Part shown: positions 10,724-19,718 of the stretch, piece after piece
Numbering within the stretch: position 1 is the stretch's first letter
Layout: every line of letters starts with the position of its first letter
Assembly: GCA_965116465.1 (NCBI GenBank)
Contig: OZ220687.1
Coordinates: 1,604,596-1,668,595 of the forward strand
Direction of reading: 5' to 3'
From: Acidimicrobiales bacterium
Lineage (GTDB): Bacteria > Actinomycetota > Acidimicrobiia > Acidimicrobiales > CATQHL01
DNA: 64,000 bases
Made by a program: the position numbers and the translations under genes
The notes under the pieces: model-generated
The model's database searches: none
What the model was told of the DNA's origin: nothing
The model's input: the letters and a program-made list of their open reading frames with translations, nothing else

Positions 10724-11396
10724 TGGGCATGTCCTCCACGTCCACGAGGCCGGGCCAGGGCTTCACGCGGCGGGCCAGCAGCGGGAAGTCCTTGCGCAGC
10801 GGGTGACCCTCGAACTCACCCGGGAGGTAGATGTGACGCAGGTCGGGATGGCCGATGAAGGCGATGCCGAACATCTCCCAGGCCTCGCGCTCGTGCCAGT
10901 TGGCGCCGGCGTACACCGGGATCCACGTCTCGGTGGCAGGGTTCTCGTTCGGCAGGTCGGCCTTGAGGATGACCGCGAGGTTCTCGCCGCCCGGGTTGTC
11001 CTCGACGGCCTGCACCCGGGCGAAGATCTGCAGGCGGGTCTCGCCGCCGGCCACGCCGTGCTCGATGGCGGTGTCCCGGGCCGGTGGGCCGGTGGTGGGC
11101 CAGTCCTGCTCGGCGTCCATGTCCCGCCCGAACGGGGAGGGCAACCAGTCGATGGCCGACAGGAAGTCGAACCAGCGGCAGCCCAGGTCGTCGCGCAGCG
11201 CGTAACCCGCCCGCTGCCAGGCCTCGTGATGCACCCGCACCCACAACTCCCCCCGCTGGGAGTGGTGCTCCAGCACCGCCTCGCCGAGCACCTCGCTCAG
11301 GGTGGCGACGGCGGCGGTGTGGCGTGGATCGGCCGGGACGGCAGCGCCGTCGTCCGGTTCGCTCACGTCGCTATCGCTCACGTCGGTATCGCTCAC
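10701..11396 (-). CDS. nuoC: NADH-quinone oxidoreductase subunit C (operon 1)
   Basis: 231-aa NuoC-like protein ([22 protein letters not shown]). The 5' end contains a 15-bp tandem duplication that carries three in-frame GTGs. Confidence 0.9.
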   Translation of the reverse strand: MSDTDVSDSDVSEPDDGAAVPADPRHTAAVATLSEVLGEAVLEHHSQRGELWVRVHHEAWQRAGYALRDDLGCRWFDFLSAIDWLPSPFGRDMDAEQDWPTTGPPARDTAIEHGVAGGETRLQIFARVQAVEDNPGGENLAVILKADLPNENPATETWIPVYAGANWHEREAWEMFGIAFIGHPDLRHIYLPGEFEGHPLRKDFPLLARRVKPWPGLVDVEDMPSAGEDQS

Positions 11397-11414
11397 TTCC
11401 GGGGTCCTCGTGCG

Positions 11415-11915
11415 CTAGCCGACGACGATCGGGTCGCCCTTCCAGCGGGCCGTCATGTCCTCGTTGGCGATGCGCTCCTGCAGCAGCACGATCCCCTCCA
11501 GCAGCGCCTCCGGCCGCGGCGGGCACCCGGGCACGTAGACGTCCACCGGGATGATCTGGTCGATGCCCTTGGTGACCGAGTATGAGTCCCAGTAGGGCCC
11601 GCCGCAGTTGGCGCAGGAGCCCATCGAGATGACGTACTTCGGGTCGGGCATCTGCTCGTAGAGGCGCAGGATCGACGGCACCATCTTGTCGGTGACGGTG
11701 CCGGAGACCACGACGAGATCGGCCTGGCGTGGGCTGGCGGGGAACGGGATCACGCCGAGGCGCATCACGTCATAGCGGGGCGAGCCGAACGCCGCTCCCA
11801 TCTCGATGGCGCAGCAGGCCAGGCCCCACTGGTAGACCCAGAGCGAGTACTTGCGGCCGAGGTTCAGCAGCTTGGTGAGGGGCGCGGGAATCTTGCCGCT
11901 CTCGACGAGGCCCAT
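11415..11915 (-). CDS. nuoB: NADH-quinone oxidoreductase subunit B (operon 1)
   Basis: 166 aa with the N2-cluster ligand pattern CCAIEM...GSCANCGG...PGCPP. Confidence 0.9.
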   Translation of the reverse strand: MGLVESGKIPAPLTKLLNLGRKYSLWVYQWGLACCAIEMGAAFGSPRYDVMRLGVIPFPASPRQADLVVVSGTVTDKMVPSILRLYEQMPDPKYVISMGSCANCGGPYWDSYSVTKGIDQIIPVDVYVPGCPPRPEALLEGIVLLQERIANEDMTARWKGDPIVVG

Positions 11916-11962
11916 CTAGACGTGACCTCCCGCGGGGCGGGGCGCGGCGCGGCGTTCGGTGT

Positions 11963-12328
11963 TCAGACCCATCGCAGCACGCGCTTTCGCCAGGCGTAGA
12001 AGAGCCCCAGCGCCAGGATGAAGATGAAGATCGCCATCTCGACGAGGCCGAAGACCCCGTAGACCTCCAGGCGCGTGGCCCACGGGAAGATGAACACGGC
12101 CTCCACGTCGAACATCACGAACAGCAGGGCGAACAGGTAGTACCGCAGCGTGCTCTGCGACCAGCCGTCGCCGACGGGGTCCACGCCGCTCTCGTAGGTG
12201 ACGTACTTCTGCTTCTGGGGGCGCTCGGGGCGCAGCACGGCGCCGACACCCAGCATGAGTGCCACCATCAGCACCGCCAGGACGGCGAAGAAACCGACCG
12301 TCAGGTAGCTGCGGAGGAAGTCCGACAC
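11963..12328 (-). CDS. nuoA: NADH-quinone oxidoreductase subunit A (operon 1)
   Basis: C-terminal part of listed ORF 11963..12877. An in-frame GTG at 12328 gives a 121-aa, 3-TM NuoA-like protein (YESGVDP, FDVE motifs). Confidence 0.85.
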   Translation of the reverse strand: MSDFLRSYLTVGFFAVLAVLMVALMLGVGAVLRPERPQKQKYVTYESGVDPVGDGWSQSTLRYYLFALLFVMFDVEAVFIFPWATRLEVYGVFGLVEMAIFIFILALGLFYAWRKRVLRWV

Positions 12329-12402
12329 AGGGCCAGAGCCTACCCAGCGCTCGCCACGCGATGACGACTGGAAACGCCGACTGGGACCAGAGTGCGGCGC
12401 CC

Positions 12403-13767
12403 TCAGTCGCCCATGTGCGGGATGGTGGCCATGGCGGCCTCGATCGCCTCGGTCGGGTAGCTGTAATCCTGCAGCCGGCCCGTCAGATAGGAGTCGTAGG
12501 CCGACAGGTCCAGCAGGCCGTGGCCGCACAACGCGGTGAGGATGACCTTCTCCTCGCCGGTCTCGGCGCAGCGCCGGGCCTCGGCGACCGCGGAGGCCAG
12601 AGCATGGGTGGGCTCGGGGGCGGGGACAATGCCCTCGCAGCGGGCGAACAGCGTGCCCGCCTCGAAGCACTCGGACTGCGCCTTGGCCTCGGCCTCCACG
12701 AGGCCCAGGTCGTAGATGTGCGAGAGCAGGGGCGACATGCCGTGGTAGCGCAGCCCACCGGCGTGGATGGGTGCCGGCACGAACGAGTGCCCCAGCGTGT
12801 GCATCTTGATGAGCGGGGTGAAACCGGCCATGTCGCCGAAGTCGTAGGCGTACACGCCCTTGGTCAGCGACGGGCACGCCGCCGGCTCGACGCAGCGGAT
12901 GACCGGCGCCATGTTGCCGGCCAGCTTCTCGCGCAGGAACGGGAACGACAGCCCGGCGAAGTTGGAGCCACCACCGGTGCAGCCCACGATCAGATCGGGG
13001 GTCTCGCCCAGTTCGGCGAGCTGCAGCAGCGCCTCCTCGCCGATCACCGTCTGGTGCAGCAGCACGTGGTTCAGCACGCTGCCGAGGGAATAGTGCGCCT
13101 GGGGATCCTGGGCGGCCACCTCGATGGCCTCGCTGATGGCGATGCCGAGGCTGCCGGGGTTGTCCGGCTCGGCCTCCAGCAGCTTGCGCCCCGTCTCGGT
13201 GGCCGTCGACGGGCTGGGATGCACGGTGGCGCCGTAGGTCTCCATCATGAGTCGCCGGTAAGGCTTCTGGTCATAGGAGGCGCGCACCTGCCACACCTCG
13301 CATTCCAGGCCGAACATCTGGCAGGCGAACGCCAGGGCGGCGCCCCACTGCCCGGCGCCGGTCTCGGTGGTGATCTTGGTGATGCCCGACTCGGCGTTGT
13401 AGAAGGCCTGCGGGACGGCCGTGTTGGGCTTGTGCGACCCGACCGGGCTGACACCCTCGTACTTGAAGTAGATGCGGGCGGGCGTGCCCAGGGCCTCTTC
13501 CAGCCGGCGGGCGCGGATCAGCGGCGTCGGGCGCCACAGCCGGTACACCTGCTGGATGGCGTCGGGGATGTCGATGTGGCTCTCTCCGCTGACCTCTTGG
13601 AGGATCAGCGCCATCGGGAACAGGGGGGCCAGGGCCTCGGGGCCGATCGGCTCCATCGTGGCCGGGTGCAGCGGCGGCGGGGGCGGCGCCGGCAGGTCCG
13701 GGATCACGTTGTACCACTGGGTGGGCATCTGCTCTTCGGGCAGGAATGTCTTGATGCGTTCAGCCAT
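12403..13767 (-). CDS. TrpB-like PLP-dependent enzyme (tryptophan synthase beta chain 2 family)
   Basis: 454 aa with the PLP-lysine motif GSHKPNTA and GGGSNFAG; its length and N-terminal extension are typical of TrpB2. Confidence 0.8.
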   Translation of the reverse strand: MAERIKTFLPEEQMPTQWYNVIPDLPAPPPPPLHPATMEPIGPEALAPLFPMALILQEVSGESHIDIPDAIQQVYRLWRPTPLIRARRLEEALGTPARIYFKYEGVSPVGSHKPNTAVPQAFYNAESGITKITTETGAGQWGAALAFACQMFGLECEVWQVRASYDQKPYRRLMMETYGATVHPSPSTATETGRKLLEAEPDNPGSLGIAISEAIEVAAQDPQAHYSLGSVLNHVLLHQTVIGEEALLQLAELGETPDLIVGCTGGGSNFAGLSFPFLREKLAGNMAPVIRCVEPAACPSLTKGVYAYDFGDMAGFTPLIKMHTLGHSFVPAPIHAGGLRYHGMSPLLSHIYDLGLVEAEAKAQSECFEAGTLFARCEGIVPAPEPTHALASAVAEARRCAETGEEKVILTALCGHGLLDLSAYDSYLTGRLQDYSYPTEAIEAAMATIPHMGD

Positions 13768-13800
13768 GGCGCAACAGTATGCCGTCGGCTCGCCGCCCGC

Positions 13801-14199
13801 CTACAAACGGAAGAACTCTCGCCGCCTGAGTTTCTCGCCCTCCGGATCCACGAGGACACCGGCCTGTTCCAGCGCGATCACGCCCAGGAGCGGCTCGGCT
13901 TCGTCGTCACCGACGATGACCCGCGCGGGCGCAACGTCTTCCATGAACTCGAGTTCCGCGAAGGCGATCTCGAACTCCACCGCACTGCCGTCGGCCAACC
14001 GGTAGGTCCTGGGGCCCCGCGACTGCACGCCGATCGCCTCGAGGGCCCGGCGCGGCACCAGGCTGTCGACGGCCCCGGTGTCAACCAGGAATTCGCCCTC
14101 CCAGTAGCGTTGCCGATCCAGAGGGTTGCGCACTGTCACCATCACGTGTGTCTCGCCCATGTCCGCGATTCCCACTCCTTCGGCTTCGACTCTGCCCAC
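13801..14199 (-). CDS. Retropepsin-like (clan AA) aspartic protease family protein
   Basis: 132 aa (120 aa if it starts at ATG 14160) with the catalytic-type motif LVDTGAVDS. The family assignment is by motif only. Confidence 0.55.
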   Translation of the reverse strand: MGRVEAEGVGIADMGETHVMVTVRNPLDRQRYWEGEFLVDTGAVDSLVPRRALEAIGVQSRGPRTYRLADGSAVEFEIAFAELEFMEDVAPARVIVGDDEAEPLLGVIALEQAGVLVDPEGEKLRRREFFRL

Positions 14200-14241
14200 T
14201 CGTCAACACCGCCGGCCGGCCGACATGTGCCGGATCTGCCC

Positions 14242-14270
14242 ACCGTAGATCAGGGCCGTGATTCTGTCAA
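14242..14270 (-). promoter_or_regulatory. Candidate sigma-70-type promoter (TTGACA-N17-TACGGT) inside an AT-rich intergenic island
   Basis: The minus strand reads TTGACA (14270..14265), a 17-nt spacer, then TACGGT (14247..14242), about 40 nt upstream of the protease-like ORF. Confidence 0.4.
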
Positions 14271-14345
14271 CATAGTGAATAATCACAGATAGCGAATATT
14301 ACTGAGAATCTAAGGGTCGGCTCTGCGCGACCTGGGTCACCGCAC

Positions 14346-14927
14346 TCAGGCGCCTCGCCGGTCGGTGGATCGGGCGGCGGACTGCTCGGCGGCCCGGGCG
14401 GCTTCTATCCAGGCTGTTGTGGCGGCGATCTGCTTTGTGCCGTCGAAGCCGATTCGCCGGGTGGGCTCCACCTCGAGAATGACCCGGTTCGGCGAGTCCA
14501 GGAACTGTGCGAAGTGCCGGGCTCGTTCCGGATCCGGGTGCAGGGCTGCTGCCAGTTCGGGGTAGAACCAGGCCTTGGTCCGGTCGTCGGTGTGGAGGCG
14601 GCAGATTCCCTTGTAGGTAACGGTCCGGCGGCGGGGCACGCCGGGGGCGCCGGTACTGGTGATGACGATGCAGACCCGGGGGTCGCGGCGCACCGCGGCG
14701 ATGCGGGCCCGGCCGCCGCCTGCGGTCAGCCAGAAGCGGCCGCGGCGCCGGATGAAGCTCATGATCACCCCGACCGGCCAGCCCTCGCGGTTGGCCCAGA
14801 CGAAGGTGCACTCGGTCTGAGCGGCCAGCATGGCCTCCTCGTCGGCGGCGTCGAGCCCCCACGCCGAGACGTCCTCGTAGTGCGCCTCCTCCGGAGTCGA
14901 TACGGAGCCGACCTGATTCTCGGCCAT
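14346..14927 (-). CDS. Pyridoxamine 5'-phosphate oxidase / flavin- or F420-dependent oxidoreductase (split beta-barrel) family protein
   Basis: ATG at 14927 is preceded by GAGG plus a 6-nt spacer. An alternative GTG at 14939 forms a GTGA overlap with the upstream VOC gene stop. Family assigned by overall PPOX-like sequence pattern. Confidence 0.6.
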   Translation of the reverse strand: MAENQVGSVSTPEEAHYEDVSAWGLDAADEEAMLAAQTECTFVWANREGWPVGVIMSFIRRRGRFWLTAGGGRARIAAVRRDPRVCIVITSTGAPGVPRRRTVTYKGICRLHTDDRTKAWFYPELAAALHPDPERARHFAQFLDSPNRVILEVEPTRRIGFDGTKQIAATTAWIEAARAAEQSAARSTDRRGA

Positions 14928-14935
14928 CTTCGACC

Positions 14936-15460
14936 TCACTCCCTCAGGCGGACCGGATCGGATCCGTCCCAGTCCTGTGCTGCCTCGGCGACCATGGCGT
15001 AGAACTCTCTCAGCCGTCCGGTCGGCACATACAACTCGGTCAGGTGGCCCCGCTCGGCGATCGTGTCGATGTAGCAGACCCTCGTCTGTCCGTAGGCGTT
15101 ACCCGACCCGGCGACCTCGTAGCCCAGCGCCACGTAGCCCGCCACGGCGGCGTCGAGGTCGTCCACGAAGCAGGCCACGTGATGCAGCCCCTCCTCACCG
15201 GGGGCATACATGTCACGGACCACCGACGGGCCGGTGCCGTGATCCTGGATCAACTCGACCATGATCCGGCCCCACTGGCCGCAGGCGTTGCTGTGGTCGA
15301 AGGGCGCCGGGCGCCCCCGGTGCACCGAGTCGTGCATGGGGATGTGGTGCCGCACGAAGAACGGCCCGGCCCCGAACCGCTCGGCCCACCGCCGCGCCCC
15401 CTCGACGACATCGTTCACCACATAGGCGACCTGAACGATCTCACCGAGCGGATGCAACAC
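14936..15460 (-). CDS. VOC (glyoxalase/bleomycin-resistance/dioxygenase) family protein
   Basis: C-terminal 174 aa of listed ORF 14936..15754, from an in-frame GTG at 15460. The sequence is VOC-like (VAYVVNDV..., LHHVACFVDD); the upstream part of the ORF is low-complexity alt-frame sequence. Confidence 0.65.
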   Translation of the reverse strand: MLHPLGEIVQVAYVVNDVVEGARRWAERFGAGPFFVRHHIPMHDSVHRGRPAPFDHSNACGQWGRIMVELIQDHGTGPSVVRDMYAPGEEGLHHVACFVDDLDAAVAGYVALGYEVAGSGNAYGQTRVCYIDTIAERGHLTELYVPTGRLREFYAMVAEAAQDWDGSDPVRLRE

Positions 15461-15503
15461 GGCCTCAGACCCTAGCCAGCGCTTTCCGGCCGGCACGGTG
15501 GCA

Positions 15504-16079
15504 TCAGAAGTCGAAGTCGTCTGCCTTGACCGTGTCGAGGAACTCCCGGAGCCTCGCCGCCTGCGCCTCCAACTCGTACCGGTGACAGGCGTCCTGGGTG
15601 GGCTCGGGTTCGAAGTAGTCCGGGCACACGTCGCGGATCTCGCCGTCCAGGTCGTCGGAGATCTGAGTGGCGTCCACCACGTAGACACCGCCATCGGGAT
15701 CGGACTCGACGAAGCTGCGGGCTTCGTCGCGGTTCGCGAACACCAACAGCTCACCGTCCAGCACGGTCATGCAGGTGTCCCGGGGGCTGTCCGTCACGCC
15801 GACCCGGATCCGGCAGACCGCCTCGCGCACCTGCTCCGGTGGCGCACCCCACTCGAGCAGGAACCGCACGATGTCCAGCGCCAGCAGGTCCTCATAGGAA
15901 TACCTGCGTCGCCGCAGGCCGGGCGGACCGGGCAGGCTCGGATTGGCCATGCCGACGTCCTCCCACTCATCGAGTTGCTCGGGCGTGAGGCGGCAGATGT
16001 CCGCCGCCTCCTTGGCGCTGAACCCCACGTCCACCCCACCGGACCGCTCGGCATGCATGTCATCCCCCTGTCGTGTCAC
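15504..16079 (-). CDS. MerR-family HTH domain protein
   Basis: N-terminal MerR-like HTH (FSAKEAADICRLTPEQLDEWE...RRRYSYEDLLALDIVRFL). The C-terminal domain is unassigned. It is divergent from the Rieske oxygenase. The start is either 16079 (GTG) or 16058 (ATG). Confidence 0.55.
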   Translation of the reverse strand: MTRQGDDMHAERSGGVDVGFSAKEAADICRLTPEQLDEWEDVGMANPSLPGPPGLRRRRYSYEDLLALDIVRFLLEWGAPPEQVREAVCRIRVGVTDSPRDTCMTVLDGELLVFANRDEARSFVESDPDGGVYVVDATQISDDLDGEIRDVCPDYFEPEPTQDACHRYELEAQAARLREFLDTVKADDFDF

Positions 16080-16195
16080 AGCATTGAAATGTTCACCGAA
16101 CCATAAGGACCCCGTGTGACACAGCCGACGACCGAGTCACCGCCAAGCCTCCGGCCCGCCATGCGAACAGGCGACGCGATTCCTAGAGTCCTCCC

Positions 16196-17359
16196 ATGAC
16201 CCTCCGGTCCGATGCGGCGCCGATCACGCCCGCCGACGTGGACCGGGTCGGTCGTGACCACACAGCGGATCCTGCGGCGGCGGGCACGCTGCACGCCGAG
16301 GTGTACACCGCCCAGCGCTGGCACGACTTCGAGCAGTCGGCCATATTCGCCCGCAGTTGGCAGTGGGTCTGCCACCGGGAGAGGCTCGCCACCGCCGGCG
16401 ACTACGTCACGACGACGGTGGCGGGACTCCCCGTCGCTGTGGTTCGGGGCGATGACGGCGAGTTGCGTGCCTTCTACAACGTGTGCAAGCACCGGGCGCA
16501 CGAGATCCTCGCCGACGCGGGTTCGATCGGCTCGCTGCGGTGCCCCTACCACGGTTGGACCTACGCACTGGACGGCTCGCTGATCGCCGCCCGCCATACG
16601 AAGAACCTCGTGGACTTCGATCCGTCGGGCATCTGCCTCGACACTGTGCATGTGGAGGAGTTCGCCGGGCTCGTGTTCGTGAACCTCGACGCTGGCGCGG
16701 CGCCGCTGCGGCTGCAGGCCGCCGACCTTGGCGCCGAGATCGCCGAGAAGGCGCCCGACATAGCCGGCCTCACCCTCGCCCGCAGGCTCAGCTACGACAT
16801 CGCCTCCAACTGGAAGAACGTCATCGAGAACTACCTGGAGTGCTACCACTGCCACATCGCCCACAAGGACTTCGTGTCGCTGGTGGACATGTCGACCTAC
16901 CGGATCACGACCCACGGCATCTACTCCAGCCAGACCGCCGAGGCCGGCCGCAGCACCAACACCGCCTACGACGTGGCCGACGCCACCGTGCGGATCCACG
17001 AGGCGTGGTGGCTGTGGCCCAACACCTGCCTGATGCGCTACCCCGGGCGGGGCAACGCCATGCTGCTGCACGTGGTCCCCGCCGGCCCGCACCACACCCG
17101 GGAGACCTGGGACTTCTACCTGGAGGACCCCGAGCCCAACGAAGCCGAGACCGAGGCGATCCGCTACATCGACGAAGTGCTGCAACCCGAGGACATCGGC
17201 CTCACCGAGAGCATCCAGCGCGGCATGCGGACCCCGGCGTTCACCTCGGGCCGGCTGGCGTACGACCCGGAGGGCGGCGGCGTCAGCGAGCACGGCGTCC
17301 ACCACTTCCACGGCCTGGTGCTGGAGGCGTTCCACGCCGGGTTGGCCGCCGGCGGGTGA
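16196..17359 (+). CDS. Rieske [2Fe-2S] non-haem-iron oxygenase alpha subunit (choline-monooxygenase/GbcA-like type)
   Basis: 387 aa with the Rieske motif CKHRAH...CPYHGW and the catalytic-domain pattern NWKNVIENYLECYHCHIAH. No reductase partner is present in the window. Confidence 0.85.
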   Translation: MTLRSDAAPITPADVDRVGRDHTADPAAAGTLHAEVYTAQRWHDFEQSAIFARSWQWVCHRERLATAGDYVTTTVAGLPVAVVRGDDGELRAFYNVCKHRAHEILADAGSIGSLRCPYHGWTYALDGSLIAARHTKNLVDFDPSGICLDTVHVEEFAGLVFVNLDAGAAPLRLQAADLGAEIAEKAPDIAGLTLARRLSYDIASNWKNVIENYLECYHCHIAHKDFVSLVDMSTYRITTHGIYSSQTAEAGRSTNTAYDVADATVRIHEAWWLWPNTCLMRYPGRGNAMLLHVVPAGPHHTRETWDFYLEDPEPNEAETEAIRYIDEVLQPEDIGLTESIQRGMRTPAFTSGRLAYDPEGGGVSEHGVHHFHGLVLEAFHAGLAAGG

Positions 17360-17375
17360 TAACCACAGACTTGTT

Positions 17376-17405
17376 GTAGTCACATGATTCAGATACTGTG
17401 ACTAC
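17376..17405 (+). promoter_or_regulatory. Perfect 9-bp inverted repeat (GTAGTCACA-N12-TGTGACTAC) abutting the vapB start; candidate TA operator
   Basis: Read directly: 17376..17384 and 17397..17405 are exact reverse complements. The vapB ATG is at 17406. Confidence 0.5.
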
Positions 17406-17663
17406 ATGAACGTCGGGATCAGGGAACTCAAGGCTCGCCTCTCCGAGTACGTCGTCAAGGCGGCAGCAGGTGAGCGCATCATCGTGACCGACCGCGGAAA
17501 GCCGGTCGCCCAACTCTCCGCACTCAACGATCTATCGGCGCTCGAACGCGGGATCGAAGAGGGCTGGATCACCCCGGCGCGGCGCAGCGGCGGCCTGGAG
17601 CCGATCACTCCTTGGCCGTCCAACCTCAGTACCGCCGAAGTGCTCGACGAGGACCGCGGGTGA
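17406..17663 (+). CDS. vapB: Type II antitoxin, Phd/YefM-type (VapB)
   Basis: 85 aa with the N-terminal pattern IRELKARLSEYVVKAAAGERIIVTDRGKPVA. Its stop overlaps the PIN gene start (GTGA). Confidence 0.8.
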   Translation: MNVGIRELKARLSEYVVKAAAGERIIVTDRGKPVAQLSALNDLSALERGIEEGWITPARRSGGLEPITPWPSNLSTAEVLDEDRG

Positions 17664-18061
17664 CGCTCTACGTCGACACGAGCGCACTGTTCAAGCGCTA
17701 CGTCCCAGAGCGTGACCGCGACGTGGCCGAGCGGCTCATGGCCTCCGATCCTGTGCTCGTGACCTCGCAACTCACCGAGGTGGAACTGCGGCGCAACCTG
17801 ACCCGAGTTCTTGCCGGCGAGGATCTCCTTGAAGCGCGTCGCCAGGTCCAAGCCGACCTCGACAACTTCGCCCTCGTCGACCTCGACGCCACCACCTGCA
17901 ACGAGGCGGCCCGCATCGCCGAGCAGACGCTGTGCCGCTCCCGCGACGCCCTCCACATCGCCGCCGCCCGCCGCGCCGGCGACCGCACCGTGTTGCTCAC
18001 CTTCGACGTGCGCCAGGCCCAAGCCGCCCGCACCGCCGGGCTCACCGTCGTCGGCGTGTAA
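17660..18061 (+). CDS. vapC: PIN-domain ribonuclease toxin VapC
   Basis: In-frame GTG at 17660 gives 133 aa. It has the N-terminal LYVDTSAL acidic motif and a distal conserved Asp (SRDALHIAAA). Confidence 0.85.
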   Translation: MTLYVDTSALFKRYVPERDRDVAERLMASDPVLVTSQLTEVELRRNLTRVLAGEDLLEARRQVQADLDNFALVDLDATTCNEAARIAEQTLCRSRDALHIAAARRAGDRTVLLTFDVRQAQAARTAGLTVVGV

Positions 18062-18097
18062 GCGCCGGCGCCGGCGTCGACCCTTCGACGGAGTTGA

Positions 18098-18940
18098 GTG
18101 ACCACACGCCAAAACCACGCCAACGGCGTCGGAGGTGAGCCTCGCCGCCTGCCGACCGGGCCGCTGTCGCTGGCTGCGGGCGTGCTGCCGGAGTTCGAAC
18201 CGCCGGAGGTGGTGTCGGCGGCTGCGGTGGCGGGGTTCGAGATGGTGGGCATCTGGTTCGACCCGGAGACCTGGTCGCCGGCCCGGGCGCGAGAGGTGCG
18301 GCGGCGGCTGGACGGCACCGGGCTGGTCGCCCTGGACATGGAGCCGATCTTCGTGACGCCTAACGGCGATTGGGGCTTCGAGCTCATCGACGCGGCGGCC
18401 GCGGTGGGTGCCCGCAACGTGCTGACCGTCAGCCGCGGCCTCGCACCGGCCCGATTCGCCGAGCGCTTCGCCGAACTGTGCGACCACGCCGCGCCCGCGG
18501 GCATCACCGTGGTCGTGGAGCCAACCGTCCTCTATTCGGTCAGGACGCTCGCCGAGGCGCAGCAGGTGGTGGCGCTCGCCGGACGGCCCAACGGCGCCAT
18601 CCTGGCCGACAACCTGCACCTCGACCGCGCCGGCGAGTCGATAGCCGCTCTCCGGCAACTCGACCCCGCCCTGCTCCCGTACGCCCAAGTCTGCGACGCC
18701 CCCGCCAAGCCCGTCGAGGTGTCCCGGTCGGGCCTATTCGGGGACGCCCGCGACGACCGGCGGCTGCTCGGCGATGGCGACCTGCCGGTGCGAGAGTTCG
18801 TGGCCGCACTGCCCGCGGGGATCCCACTGTCCCTGGAGATCCGCTCCCGTCGACTCCGCGAGCGCTACGCCGACGCCGCCGAGCGAGCCACCCGCGTCCA
18901 CACCAACGCCATCGAATACCTGACCCGGCGTCGATCCTGA
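18098..18940 (+). CDS. Sugar phosphate isomerase/epimerase (xylose-isomerase-like TIM barrel) family protein
   Basis: 280 aa with an overall AP-endonuclease-2/TIM-barrel-like pattern (VVVEP..., NLHLD...). Substrate unknown. Confidence 0.7.
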   Translation: MTTRQNHANGVGGEPRRLPTGPLSLAAGVLPEFEPPEVVSAAAVAGFEMVGIWFDPETWSPARAREVRRRLDGTGLVALDMEPIFVTPNGDWGFELIDAAAAVGARNVLTVSRGLAPARFAERFAELCDHAAPAGITVVVEPTVLYSVRTLAEAQQVVALAGRPNGAILADNLHLDRAGESIAALRQLDPALLPYAQVCDAPAKPVEVSRSGLFGDARDDRRLLGDGDLPVREFVAALPAGIPLSLEIRSRRLRERYADAAERATRVHTNAIEYLTRRRS

Positions 18941-18966
18941 GTCGTCCCGACCGGCGCAGGAGCCTG

Positions 18967-19614
18967 CTACAGGTGGCCGGCGGTGGCGGCGGCGACGGCC
19001 ATGCGGACGTCGTCGATGGCCCGCGACATGGCCTGGCCGATGAGGTCGAGTCGCGAGACCTGCTCGATGCGGGGCACCAGGTTGGCCAGCTCCTTGCCCG
19101 ACAGCAGGACCCGGAAGATGCCGCACGCGTCGGCCAGGCAGATCAGCATCACGTCGCGCGGATCGGGAATGTCGTCGCTCAGCAGCACCTCCATGAGGCG
19201 CAGCTTCACCGCCTGGCGGACGCTGCCCTCCGCGGCGGGGTAGCGCCGGGTCTTGAACAGCCCCAGGACGCGTTCGTCCCGCTCCTCCAGGATGCCCTTG
19301 GCGACCAGACCGGCGAGCGCCGCCTCCCGGATGCCGTCGGCGCGTTCGGCGACGTGCTCGATCCAGAACCGCGTGTTCTGGCTCTCGGCGGCGGCGACCG
19401 CCGCCAGCGTCGGATCCAGGAGTTCGTCACCGGTCGGCGTGTCGTCGACGAGGAACAGGTGCTCCAGGTCGGTGTCGATGCGGTTGGCGTCCGCCAGCTC
19501 CATGAGGACCGCGCCGGCGATGGAGTAGCGCAGCGACCAGGTGGGGACGCGCACGAACGCCCCTCTCTCATCGCGCAGCAGGAGGAGGGTGATCTCCTCG
19601 ACAAGTCCAACCAT
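18967..19614 (-). CDS. GPP34/GOLPH3-like family protein (paralog 1)
   Basis: 215 aa. The N-terminal pattern EEITLLLLRDERG...SLRYSIAGAVLMELA..RID is typical of bacterial GPP34-family proteins. It is a clear paralog of the gene immediately upstream. Confidence 0.7.
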   Translation of the reverse strand: MVGLVEEITLLLLRDERGAFVRVPTWSLRYSIAGAVLMELADANRIDTDLEHLFLVDDTPTGDELLDPTLAAVAAAESQNTRFWIEHVAERADGIREAALAGLVAKGILEERDERVLGLFKTRRYPAAEGSVRQAVKLRLMEVLLSDDIPDPRDVMLICLADACGIFRVLLSGKELANLVPRIEQVSRLDLIGQAMSRAIDDVRMAVAAATAGHL

Positions 19615-19718
19615 TTGCGTCCCTTTCGGTGGGCGGCACGGAAAAATCTACCGCACCCACAGAGGGCGCCAGTGGTCAGCGCGCCGGCTCTGTGCGACCG
19701 GGACGCACCTCGGAGCCG

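Noticed and set aside
12329-12402. A possible regulatory element or Rex site in the 74-nt spacer between the TrpB2-like gene and nuoA of operon 1.
   Set aside because: I could read no TGTGAA/TTCACA half-sites, no notable palindrome, and no AT-rich promoter-like tract there.
19658-19694. A stem-loop (CACAGAG..GGCGC / GCGCC..CTCTGTG) between the two GPP34 paralogs, as a possible intrinsic terminator.
   Set aside because: The only T-run (TTTTT) lies about 10 nt downstream of the stem rather than abutting it, and the stem has a bulge. This is insufficient to call a terminator or attenuator.
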